64,000 bases of DNA from sequence record NC_042116.1; one strand, 5' to 3'. The notes under the pieces were generated by a model that saw nothing but the letters and a program-made list of their open reading frames with translations, was not told the DNA's origin and ran no database searches. How positions within the stretch are numbered: the first letter of the stretch is position 1; the number at the start of each line of letters is the position of its first letter. Positions 27,136 to 38,100 of the stretch are shown in pieces. The translations under genes and the position numbers were made by a program.

Positions 27136-28080
27136 ATGAATATAACATTATTAATAGTATCGGGTATGTTAATGTTAGCAGCTATATTTGTCTATCTAGC
27201 AAATAAAGAAATCGCAGCTAAATTATATGAAAACACATATCGTAAGAGTGAAGGGTTAGATACAAAAAGTCCATATTGTGTAATTAGAGAGAAACAAAGT
27301 CAATACTCAGACGATTATGTGTATTATATCGGAGAAGGAACACAGAAAGTTGATAATAGAAGATTTTTTAAACTGTCTGAATTAATGCCATACCTTAATG
27401 AACTTGAAAAGATAAAAGGTTATGAGTTAACTAAATTTTAATGAGGTCAATATGTCACTAACATCATTAGTACTGTTAATGTTTGTAACTGCATGTATTA
27501 CATTAATAGCCAATAAATTGATAGCAGCAAACATATACAAAAAAACTGTGTTTGATATTCAAGGTAAAAAAAGTCCTTATGGAATATCAATTGAACAAGG
27601 TAAATCCAAATGGGGATATTGTATTACTAAGAATGGCAAAGTTCAATTTTCAATGAATGGTAGTGCACCTGTTTATCACACACTGGAAGACGTACTTAAA
27701 GCTATTAATATTCTTGAAAAGTTAGAAGGTTATATACCAACTACGATTAGTGTTGAACAGGAATAATTATGAGTATTTTAATCATTTGTAGTACTATTAT
27801 GTTTATTTCATCATTAATTGCTTTGATGGTAAATCGATCAATTGCAGCTAGCATTTATAAAAGAACGATAGATGATATTAATCAATCTGAACTAAAGCCA
27901 AGTCCATATGGTGTTTCTCGTGAACCTCGTGGTGATGGATCATGGGGATATTGTATTACTAAGAATGGTAAAATACAATTCACCAGTGATAAAGCTCAAA
28001 TATTTTCTAATATTAATTCAATAATTCGTGAAATTAATACATTAGAAAAAATAGAAGGATTTAAATTAACTCGTGTTTAA
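27136..28080 (+). CDS. three tandem membrane-anchored paralogs (27136-27441, 27452-27766, 27769-28080)
   Basis: N-terminal TM helix, shared N+.IAA.+Y..T, SPYG, WGYCITKNGK, LEK+EG motifs. Confidence 0.82.
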
Positions 28081-28227
28081 ATTAAAATGCCCATTATGTG
28101 GTTGTACTGGTATTCATGCATGTTTAGGTGACACAAAAAACATAAAAAGAGTTGACATGCAATCAATAAGCAAGTACAATACCTTAGATGAAGCGATTGA
28201 ACATATTCGACGTGAGGAATCAAAATC

Positions 28228-29111
28228 ATGCAAGAAGAAAAAGAAACGGTAGCTGTAGTTGAATATTTTGAATCATGCTATGGAGTTGAAGAAAAACGAA
28301 TATTTAAAGTCTTTAAAAGTACTGCATCATTTGAGCAGTACTGTTATCAAAATAAAATTGATATTCGAAAAACTACATACGGAACATATTATAGTGATTC
28401 AACATATACCTATAATGTGAAAGTTATAGAGTTAAACCCGTAGTTATAAAAAATAATTGACAGTACTGATAGTTTGTAGTACTATCATAATTAAAAATTG
28501 GCATCATCGCATAGCGGCAATTGCAAAAGACTGTAAATCTTTCGCCTTCGGGCTTCGTTGGTTCGAGTCCAACCGGTGCCACCCAATTAAAAAAAGAGAT
28601 TATATGTATAATGAAGAAAATTATAAAAAATTAATAAATTCAAAAATTAATGAAGGACTAATTGAACTTCAATTACAAATTTCACGACATAAAAACGAAG
28701 GTTTTTTATGTTTGCCATTTAATTTTGTCATTGCTAATGATGTACAATTGGTATTTGGTTCAATTATATCAATACTTCGTGATGAAGGTTATACTGTAGA
28801 TATTACTTCACGTGAAGATGTGGTTTATATGAGTAGTAATACTGTAAAGTATACTGCAATTATCACATGGTAATATTGTAATCTCTCATTTAATTAAAAC
28901 TGGAGTCCTAATGGTTCATGTGATAAAATACACCGAATCCGAACGTGGATGGGGTGGTGAAGTTTGGTATCGTGAATTCAGTACTGAGCAAGAAGCTAAA
29001 GGTGAAGTATTTAACACGAATAAAGATTTACCAAAAGCTGTACCTGATTGGTATATTGCGGCTGAATATATTGGTGAAATGGAAAAATCACCAGAAGGTT
29101 ATAAATTTTAA
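28228..29111 (+). CDS. hypothetical proteins (28228-28443, 28604-28873, 28911-29111)
   Basis: ORF track; the 28457 start overlaps tRNA-Tyr so 28604 is preferred. Confidence 0.7.
28500..28584 (+). tRNA. tRNA-Tyr(GUA)
   Basis: AAAGA-CTGTAAA-TCTTT; variable arm GCC-TTCG-GGC; GTTGG-TTCGAGT-CCAAC. Confidence 0.92.
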
Positions 29112-29267
29112 TAACTATATACAGGTTATGTTGTCATGCCTGTTTTTAATTAAGGTATTCATATATGTTAACTAAACTTTGGAATTTTTTCATATCATTG
29201 TTAGGTAAATTCTGGAATAGTTTAAAAGAAGAACCTGCAAATAATGTATTAGGTACTGATATATCTG

Positions 29268-30893
29268 ATGAAAGTACTGAAGCCACACCAGAGGAAAATG
29301 TACAGGACGATGAGCAACATACCAACTAGTGTTTCTAATTCATTTGAATTTGCAGTTGTTGTAATAAACCAGTTGTCAAAATTATTTGAAACTACAATTG
29401 AACCTTATAAATTTGAAGTTTGTAATAATGGATTGTTGAAAATTTTAAATGATAAGAATGATATAGTATTATCAATAACTTCAAATGAAATAACAATAAA
29501 AGATATAATTAAAAATGCACATGATGAAGTATTGTATACTGCTATTATTGAAAATAAAAAAGTTGTTTATGCTACAGTAATAAATGAATATCAAAAAAAT
29601 AGTCATGATTTATCAGATCAATTCATTGAAGGTTTATTAATACCAGAAATTGATATGATGAAAAATATTGATAATGAAATAACATTTAAATACTTTAGTA
29701 CTGAAGATGTATGGTTTCAACAAATGACTATTCATGATAATGTTTTACCATTTGAAACTGCACAAGACCTTATAAAAATTAAAAAAATATTCATTGAAGA
29801 ATTAAAAAATAAATGGAATTTGTAAACATGAATGCGTTACAAAATAGAAAAAATATCGTACTAAACTTTTATAATAGTTTATCATTATTTGAAATAGATG
29901 AATTTGATGAATTAAAAATAGTCTTAAAAAAAGATGATGAATTGAAAATTGTCTTGAAAATGGATGGTAGAATTGAGTTTTATAAAAAACTTGTAGGTGT
30001 ATATAACATTGTCAGAAGTGGTATCACGGAACGGTGGGATACAAAAGATAGCGAAACTTATCATCAGATAGAAATGATGGGTTTAGTAATGGTGCTTGAT
30101 GGTAATAATAAGTTTTCTATGATATCAGCAGGTAATGAAGAATGGGCAAAAGTAGTTAAAAAAACAAGAAGTGTATCACATGGCATTACCTTTGATCCAA
30201 AGTATCAAGTATTTACTGAAACATATTATGATATTGACACAGCACTAAACTTTACTTATAATAAATTACCATCATCTGAAGAAGAACATTTTCAATCAAT
30301 GACTAATAATGATTTAGTACTTGATTTTGAAGAATGTATTAATATTGAAAAAATGAGTAAGATCATTAGATCTATTGGTGAAGTTGTGGTAGTATCACCA
30401 CAATTGAAAATTAATTTAATTTTTAAAGAAAATTTACGCAACGGTGCCTGAGCTGGCCTAAAGGAACGGATTGCAAATCCGATATTCGGGGGTTCAAATC
30501 CCTCCCGTTGCTCCATAAAAAGGGCGGTATATGCATCACTTTGAATCACTTGATGAAATTGCAAGTTTCTATTATAATAATTACTATCATTTTTTAAGAT
30601 ACGATGATAATTCTATTAGATATGATGGAATTACCTATAAAATGGAATATGCAAATATTGCACCTGTTCCAGTACTTAAATTTTCATACATTGATGATGA
30701 TAACGAAGAACAAATTTTGTTATGTATTGTTGATTTTGGATTAATTGTCAATTCTGAAAATAGTGTTGATAACCATCCTGATATTTTTGAGTACGTAGAT
30801 ATTATCAAAGAAGAATTATTTGGTTTAAATCTATTTGATATAGCTAGATTTAATTACATATTTGAAAAATATAAAAAAGACAAGGGCTGTTAA
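29268..30893 (+). CDS. two EExxFQxxT-family paralogs (29268-29825, 29813-30451) and hypothetical 30531-30893
   Basis: STEDVWFQQMTIHD, SSEEEHFQSMTNND. Confidence 0.75.
30438..30515 (+). tRNA. tRNA-Cys(GCA)
   Basis: GCAACGG/CCGTTGC-T-CCA (U73 Cys determinant); CGGA-TTGCAAA-TCCG. Confidence 0.9.
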
Positions 30894-30960
30894 CTCAGTT
30901 GGTTAGAGTAGCCGACTCTTAATCGGTTTGTCCAGGGTTCAACTCCCTGACAGCCCACCA
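30884..30960 (+). tRNA. tRNA-Lys(CUU)
   Basis: GGGCTGT/ACAGCCC-A-CCA; GCCGA-CTCTTAA-TCGGT. Confidence 0.93.
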
Positions 30961-31028
30961 AATTTTACTTGACATTTGGGAAATTATGTGCAATAATATT
31001 TGCACATTTTAAGTAAGAGGACAACAAC

Positions 31029-31546
31029 ATGAATATTTTACGGTTAAACGAAATTCAAATTGAATTGATGAAAATTCAAATTGAGCTTCAAACAGTTATT
31101 CTAGTTGATGATTCAATACAAGAATCAACAAATCATGCACAACGTGTTATTGTTGGTGGTATTGCAAACGCACGTAATGAATTGCAGTACTTAATAAAAT
31201 CTATAGAAGTAACAGGTAATCATTATGATTAATTGGTACTCAAAGGTCAGTTAGTTCAGTTGGTAGAACACTGCACTCATAATGCAGAATTCACTGGTTC
31301 AAGTCCAGTACTGCCCACCAATAAATTTCACTTAATTATTGAGATTATAAAATGTATATATTAATAGCAACACTGTTTATGTTGTTATGTTGGGTAGTTG
31401 GTGTATTAATCTTTATAAACTACGGAATATCTCAATCTCAGTATGGTAGTGGTAAAGTTAAACTAAAATATCATATACTGTTTATTTTAACTTTAGTAGT
31501 ACTGTTCATCGGTCTTCCTTTTATGGGTTTTTATCTAATAGTGTAA
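31029..31546 (+). CDS. hypothetical proteins (31029-31232; 31352-31546 membrane)
   Basis: ORF track; GAGG/GAGA RBS. Confidence 0.7.
31245..31320 (+). tRNA. tRNA-Met(CAU), elongator type (or second Ile2)
   Basis: CTGCA-CTCATAA-TGCAG; A-CCA end; one acceptor mismatch. Confidence 0.85.
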
Positions 31547-31552
31547 AGAAAA

Positions 31553-31582
31553 TTGAAACAGCAGAAAAAAATGTGGTATAAT
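31553..31582 (+). promoter_or_regulatory. RNA-gene promoter class
   Basis: TTGAAAC-N14-TGGTATAAT upstream of initiator-like tRNA. Confidence 0.8.
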
Positions 31583-31596
31583 ATACATATAACGAT

Positions 31597-31672
31597 TGCG
31601 GGTTGGAGAAGTGGTTATCTCATTGGGTTCATATCCCAAAGATCGGCGGATCATACCCGTCACCCGCATCAA
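31597..31672 (+). tRNA. initiator-like tRNA-fMet(CAU), atypical T loop, 3' end CAA
   Basis: Three consecutive G-C pairs TTGGG-TTCATAT-CCCAA; TGCGGGT/ACCCGCA; T loop ATCATAC. Confidence 0.8.
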
Positions 31673-31742
31673 AGAAATAAACAGCCAATTTAATCTCTTG
31701 GCTGTATAAAAATAAGGCATCTCGAAAGGGGTGTGGGATATT

Positions 31743-31821
31743 GGGGAATGGGTCTGCTTGGGGTGGACGCCGCACTTGCAATGCGGAGATCAGATCGGTT
31801 CAAATCCGATACTCTCCACGA
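31743..31821 (+). tRNA. tRNA-Ala(UGC), 3' end CGA
   Basis: G3:U70 pair in GGGGAAT/ACTCTCC; CCGCA-CTTGCAA-TGCGG. Confidence 0.88.
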
Positions 31822-31941
31822 ATTAATGAAAGGTATCTGGATATCGATCCATACAGTAAGTGTTCCTCAATAGGAAACACCTTTCAAATTATATAGTAAA
31901 AAGTAACTAAGAGTCCTTAACAACCTAATGAGGTATTATCC

Positions 31942-32640
31942 ATGCAAGTACAATTCCAAACTGTTCTATTCAATTCTGAAGATTTTCGTTTCGCTGTAGT
32001 ACTAGATGAAACCTTAGTACTGGTAACTGCTAAAGGTGAAATTGAACTTGAATTTGATTCAAGCGATGAAGCACTAGAAGGTCAGCGTGAGCTAGGTCGC
32101 CTACTTGATGCTGCTGGTGCAAAAGATAAAAATGCTACATCTATTGTAAAAGACGTTGTGAATACTGTAAGTGAGCTGTTCAGCAATCTTGGTACTGTTA
32201 AATCCAAAGTATATGGTAAAGTTCAAGAAACTTCAGAAACAGTAAATTCTAACTTAGAAGATATTCTTCGTAAACTTGATTCAGCAATTAAAGCTGAAGA
32301 AACAAAACAACCTACTACTCAAGCACGAAATACAAGTACTGCTGACGCAGAGGATATTTTTGGTCGTAATCGCCAGTCTTCTTCACGCAATGTAGCAGAC
32401 GCTAATAGCGTAATTAGTACTTTGTCTGATACTGAGTTGAAAACAGTTATTAATTCTAAAGTAGAACATCTACTTCTTACTAATACTCAAGTTCAGGGAT
32501 TAGTTGCACAACTTCGTCGTTTCCATGATGAAGATGAAGTACAAGAAGTAATTTCATCACACAAAGAAATGGTATTCAATGTTTCTCGTGCTAATGATGA
32601 TTTAACTGTAAATGAAGTAATTGCACAGCTTCTACGTTAA
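31942..32640 (+). CDS. hypothetical protein (232 aa, high-expression codon bias)
   Basis: GAGGT RBS; terminator AAAGGCAGCC/GGCTGCCTTT at 32649-32671. Confidence 0.85.
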   Translation: MQVQFQTVLFNSEDFRFAVVLDETLVLVTAKGEIELEFDSSDEALEGQRELGRLLDAAGAKDKNATSIVKDVVNTVSELFSNLGTVKSKVYGKVQETSETVNSNLEDILRKLDSAIKAEETKQPTTQARNTSTADAEDIFGRNRQSSSRNVADANSVISTLSDTELKTVINSKVEHLLLTNTQVQGLVAQLRRFHDEDEVQEVISSHKEMVFNVSRANDDLTVNEVIAQLLR

Positions 32641-32687
32641 TATAAAATAAAGGCAGCCAATGGCTGCCTTTACTCATTTGAGAGTAT

Positions 32688-33227
32688 ATGAAAATAACAG
32701 AACAATATAGAACTATTGGTGTTCAAAACTTTTATTCAAATCCTAGCATTCAACAATCATATCTTAACCCACATAGTACTTACATAATTGAATGCCTGAA
32801 TGATTCATTTTATCAGTACTTTACTGAAAATACGTCAGTACTAGATTTGGCATCAGGAAATGGAATCATCAGCCATGCTTTAAAATCTTATGGTGTACAT
32901 AATATTGAAGGTTCCGATAAGTATATGTATGAAAGGTATACTGAAGAAACTGGATTTTTATGCTATCCATACTCATTCGAAGATATAGCAGATTTTAATT
33001 GTATTTTTGAAAAAGAATATGATGTTATTATTTGTAGCTATGCTTTTGATTTAGTTCCTGAATCTTATAAAAATAAATTACTATATGCATTAAGTACCTA
33101 TACAGATACCCTGATATTGATCAGGCCAAATTCACATGAATTGTCATCTGATATATGGAAGGTAGTTCATAAAAACAAGATAGAAAAAACAAGATCAATA
33201 ATTTATCAAAAAGAAAGGCACTCATAA
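32688..33227 (+). CDS. class I SAM-dependent methyltransferase
   Basis: SVLDLASGNG motif I; EGSD motif II; YDVIICSYAF motif IV. Confidence 0.75.
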   Translation: MKITEQYRTIGVQNFYSNPSIQQSYLNPHSTYIIECLNDSFYQYFTENTSVLDLASGNGIISHALKSYGVHNIEGSDKYMYERYTEETGFLCYPYSFEDIADFNCIFEKEYDVIICSYAFDLVPESYKNKLLYALSTYTDTLILIRPNSHELSSDIWKVVHKNKIEKTRSIIYQKERHS

Positions 33228-33240
33228 GAGTGCCTTTTTT
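33214..33240. terminator. bidirectional terminator between convergent genes
   Basis: AAAGGCACTC-ATAA-GAGTGCCTTTTTT. Confidence 0.8.
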
Positions 33241-34372
33241 ATTGTATACCAGCGATAACAACTTTACCAGTAAAATTATCATTACTTAATAACGTAATAT
33301 TATCTAAATTATCTATTTGAACTGTAATTGATACTAATTCCGAACCATCGTAAACTGATACTGATACATATTGTTTATTATGAGTACTAAATGGTATTAC
33401 CATTTGATACATAGAATCTACCAAATTCCACGACAATGAAGTACTATATACAGTAGTTTGGTCAGTTTGTCCAATTATTACAATATCCATATCTTGAGCT
33501 GAATTTTGTTTAATTGTAATGTTACCAGTACTATCAACATTCACTTCAGGATTATAAATTACACCATTAGGATCTTGAATTTGTAATACTAGTTCAGAAC
33601 CACGTTGATGAGAACTTTCAGTTAATGTATAACTAAATGTGCCATCACCATTATCAGTAAATTGTGCGGCTGCAACTGGAATATTTGAAACAAAATCACT
33701 ATCAGTTCCTGCTGGTAATACATCAAATGGTATAGTAGCAGTATTATAATGAGGGGATGTTATTTCAATACTTCCTGTCCCTACATTTTCGAATACTACA
33801 TTTTCAAAAATGAACACACGATTAACTACATTAGTTGTATATATTAATCCTTCTGGTGTAGTAAGTTTAACTATCATACCATCTTCATTTAAAATCCCAC
33901 TAATAACTGATACTGAACCAGTTACTGTAGTACTATCAACTGTAACGGTATTAACAATTATAGTTCCTAAATCTGGAATTGGTATATTGCATTCAGGTGT
34001 ATACATATCAAATAAGTATGTTCCGTTACTTAGAACCATTTTATTTGATAAGAACCTTATAACAAATCCATATTCAGACATACTATCATTATACCCTCGC
34101 ACAAAAAACGAATTCACTGGAATAACATTCAGTAATTCATCATCGGTAAGATCATAATCTAGTACTTTATTACTTGTGTTATAACCAGTCAATTGTATTT
34201 TTTGATACACCACTTCAGAAACGGGGTCAATTAAGTCAAACATGTTTATAGACCTTTGCTTATATATTCTCATATTTTTAAGCTTAGTTCCATTTTTTAG
34301 CAATGCTGCATTAACAATAAACCCACAAACTCCATATGGATAATCATTTATACCAGCAATAGGTTTAGCCAT
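33239..34372 (-). CDS. probable late/virion structural protein (beta-rich)
   Basis: Only minus-strand long ORF in the block; GGAGGG RBS; AATAAATA (T4 late-promoter-like) about 30 nt upstream; Ig-like T/V-rich repeats. Confidence 0.6.
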   Translation of the reverse strand: MAKPIAGINDYPYGVCGFIVNAALLKNGTKLKNMRIYKQRSINMFDLIDPVSEVVYQKIQLTGYNTSNKVLDYDLTDDELLNVIPVNSFFVRGYNDSMSEYGFVIRFLSNKMVLSNGTYLFDMYTPECNIPIPDLGTIIVNTVTVDSTTVTGSVSVISGILNEDGMIVKLTTPEGLIYTTNVVNRVFIFENVVFENVGTGSIEITSPHYNTATIPFDVLPAGTDSDFVSNIPVAAAQFTDNGDGTFSYTLTESSHQRGSELVLQIQDPNGVIYNPEVNVDSTGNITIKQNSAQDMDIVIIGQTDQTTVYSTSLSWNLVDSMYQMVIPFSTHNKQYVSVSVYDGSELVSITVQIDNLDNITLLSNDNFTGKVVIAGIQ

Positions 34373-34548
34373 ATAATACCCTCCTAGTTATTGTACTGTA
34401 TTTATTTTAAGTACTTTAATTTTCCTTGACATTTGTCATCAATTTTTGTATAATAGATTTTGAAATGAGAAACCTCCCAATGAAAATTTGAGGGGTTGAC
34501 AATACATTCATTTGATGTATAATGAATGAAAATTAATTGAGGTGATGT

Positions 34549-35127
34549 ATGACACGTTTAATTATCCGTGAAGAAAAAATGAAAATCAGGCTGCATCAAG
34601 ATGAGGCTGAAGCATTTATGGCTAAAGCCGCAGCAAAAGCCGAAAAGTACACCAAACTTGCACCGGATGGTAAATCCCCATATGGCTTCAATCATGCACA
34701 TTCACACTTAGTAGGTATGGCGGCTGAACATGCCTCATGGATATTGTTTACTGAAATAGAAGAAATGCTTAATATCGATTTAAATATTGATCCAGCATTT
34801 CATGATGAACGCCGTGAAGGTGAATGTGATATATATGTTGGTGGTAAACGAATTGAAGTAAAAGGTATCAAGTACGGTTCATGGTTACGATTCGGTCCAT
34901 GTATTAGTGCTCGACAACTACCAAAGATAAAGAAAAAAGCAGACATTGTATTATGGGCTTTATACAACGAACGTTGCCAAGAATTTACATTTGAAGGATA
35001 CAATTTAGTATCAGAAATTGATTCAATCCCAACTATAATGACTGGTGCTGAAGGTCGTGATAAGATAGAAAACTATCCAGTACTAAGTATCATTAAACCA
35101 CTACAGGATCTTAAATTTAATGATTAA
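34549..35127 (+). CDS. PD-(D/E)xK nuclease-like protein
   Basis: GMAAE...CDIYVGGKRIEVK motif. Confidence 0.55.
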   Translation: MTRLIIREEKMKIRLHQDEAEAFMAKAAAKAEKYTKLAPDGKSPYGFNHAHSHLVGMAAEHASWILFTEIEEMLNIDLNIDPAFHDERREGECDIYVGGKRIEVKGIKYGSWLRFGPCISARQLPKIKKKADIVLWALYNERCQEFTFEGYNLVSEIDSIPTIMTGAEGRDKIENYPVLSIIKPLQDLKFND

Positions 35128-38100
35128 AATTACAGTAATTAATAAAATTAGTTCAAGTCGAATTAATTATTATTTTAAAGAACTACCACGTAAAGACGAG
35201 TGGGTATCACTTGATGGTGATTTGTATTCAGTACATCAAGTTATTCACTTACCACCTTCAGAATTGGATAATACTGATACTGGTTCTATTGAAATTATTG
35301 TTATTCCAGAATAAGGTTATTTATAATGAAATTTATTGGTATTATTTTTCTTGGATTAGTTTGTTACATTTTATATGTACAAGATTCTGATGCATCATCA
35401 CCATCTTATCACAATGCGTATTGTTCTGGATATGCATCTAAGATGGCATCTGTTTATCGTTTACAGTACTATCATAAAATGCAAAAGTACTTTGATAATT
35501 TAATTGACACAACAGGTAAACCTGAATTTATGTCTGAATATTATCAATCAGGTGAAGAATCAGTAAAACTTAATGTAGCAGTTTCTCAAAATTTAAATTC
35601 AATTTGCGAGAAACAATTTAAAAGGAAATGATGATGTGGCAAATAGTAACCTTTTTTATATTATTTCAAATAATTTTTTCAATGGCTAATAGTTCAATTT
35701 TATTACGTTCAATATATGCATTGATATTAGCAAACCATTATGGATGGAAATCATTTTTTAAATTTTATGCAGAATCATATTTAATACATGGTCATGCTAT
35801 TAATAACCATGAACCTTTTCTACCAGAAATTAATTCTAAGTTAGAAAGAATTTTATCTGAAGCATTAGCAGGAAAATCTTTTAGTGACATTAAAACAAAT
35901 TACTATGATAACGATATATATCTCTACCTACATAATAATGTAGAAGGTAATAATATAAAATTTTATTATAAATTAGGTAAAATTAACAATCAAGAATATA
36001 TTCTTACACCTAGTGTATTTTTTATAGCGGATAAATTAATTAAAAAAATAGAAGAAGAAGAAGAAGCAAAAAAGTTAAAAGAAAAGAAATCTGCAATTTA
36101 ATATTGACTTTAAAAATTTAGATAGTATAATAATTAATATCAACAAATGTGAGGGTTACACTTATGTCAGCAATACTAGCAACCAATATGACCAACAACA
36201 TGTCAAATCGTGCAGGTTACCTCACTTTCAATCAAATTATGGATGAAAACTTGATGTACTATACATTTAAAGATTGTATTAAGTACCACCAAGATGGATT
36301 TCATAGCTGGATTTGTTATTGGGAAGGTTCACCAATAGCAGTGAAATGTATTGTTAAAGCGTCAGTACTATCTAATGGCTTTACCAAGATTGCAATTCTA
36401 TCTAAGGAACTTACCACTATTGATGAGATCGGTTTGTACCCTTCCAAGAAGTCATGGTGTTTAGGTTATATACTAGATGGAACAACTAAATTCATGACCA
36501 ACAATGGTGTACAACGTTTTGTTACCACTACAATGGTGAATGGATTTCCAGTTGAAACAACCAAAAATGAAATGAAATCATCTGATAATAAAGTACTTTC
36601 TGATGCAGAAGTTCAACACTTAAAAGCTGTTATTGCAAGCAATTGGGGCTGTACTTTGAAATAATATCAATGGGGAGAAATCCCCATATTTTAGGATAAT
36701 AAAATGAAAAGATCTAACATCAATATCACAATATTAATTATAGTAATGGTTGAAATATTTTTAAGTTTAATTAAAGTTAACGATACATACCATTTTGTTA
36801 ATTATTCAGTAACTAACAAATATATTATGTTATTATCAGGTACTTATGTTTTGTTTAATATAATTTCTTCATTTATGTTTTTTAATATTTCAAATGATAA
36901 AAAAACGATGCTTCATGTATATGGATATAATAAGTTCAGCCGATTATACACTTATCATTTTTTAATTTTTTCATTTGTAATGTTTCATTTAGAAAGTTGG
37001 GAATTCTGTTTAATGGGTATAAGTTTATTCTTGATGTGGAATTATGAACGCAACAAACATAGTGAATACATTAATAAACATAACATCGAAGTACTTAAAG
37101 AAGAAGCTAAACATAAACCAGTAGTTACTTTAGATTAAGGATATATTATGTTTTCAAATGTAATATCAAAAACATTAGCTTTTTTGTACATAATATTCAC
37201 TATTACATTGTATGGTCTGCTGGCTAATGTACATGGATTACCAACCTTTTTAGCACCACAATGGTTTAAGCTAAGCAACACTTTGTTAGTATCAATTGCA
37301 TCAATATCAAGTTTTAGTATTATATCAATTTTAATGATTCTTTTTGGAATTGATAAACAATCAACCGAAATAAAAGTACAATTATATAATATCATAGGTG
37401 ATAATGTTTATAGTAAAGGATGGTATATATTAATGTTCATATATACTATTATATGTTTTCAGTACGCTTTGTATTGGTATGCATTTGCTTATTTTATGAT
37501 AGCATTAGGTATATTGTCATTTTATATTTTACATAAAAATATCATAAAAAATGCAATGATCACTACATTAAAATAAAAAATTGACACGTGTTAAACTGTA
37601 TGATATAGTACTAGTATAAATTCAATTACAAATGGATAATTAAATGGAAATTTCAAAATTAGTTTCTATTATTAAAGAAAAAGAATTAGAGATTCAGGAA
37701 CAGCGTAATACAATTAAACAACTATATGAGGATAACATGGCACGTTTTTCTGTGTCTAAAAATATTATCACTCCAGAAATTAATGAAAATTATAAAAAAA
37801 TTGATAGTACTTTTAGTGCTAAAGCTAAACTTGAAGCAGGTGTTCGTAGTTTACAAAAACAAATTCTTTGTAATTTATTGGAGGAATAATCATGCCAAGG
37901 TATAGTGCAGCAAAAACAGAAGTAGCCCGTAAGTTAAGTACTAGTAAGTATCGTTACTCTAGTATCTTTCCTACTGCATTATCACAACTAGACCATATCT
38001 TTTTTGTGATTGGCAATGGAATGAGTTTTGAACAAAAAGAAGGTGTATATTTCCAAAATTATTGTATTGAAATGGCAAAAAGTGAGAGAAATATCAAGAT

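Noticed and set aside
31828-31885. Hammerhead ribozyme
   Set aside because: Three-stem layout but no CUGANGA/GAAA catalytic core
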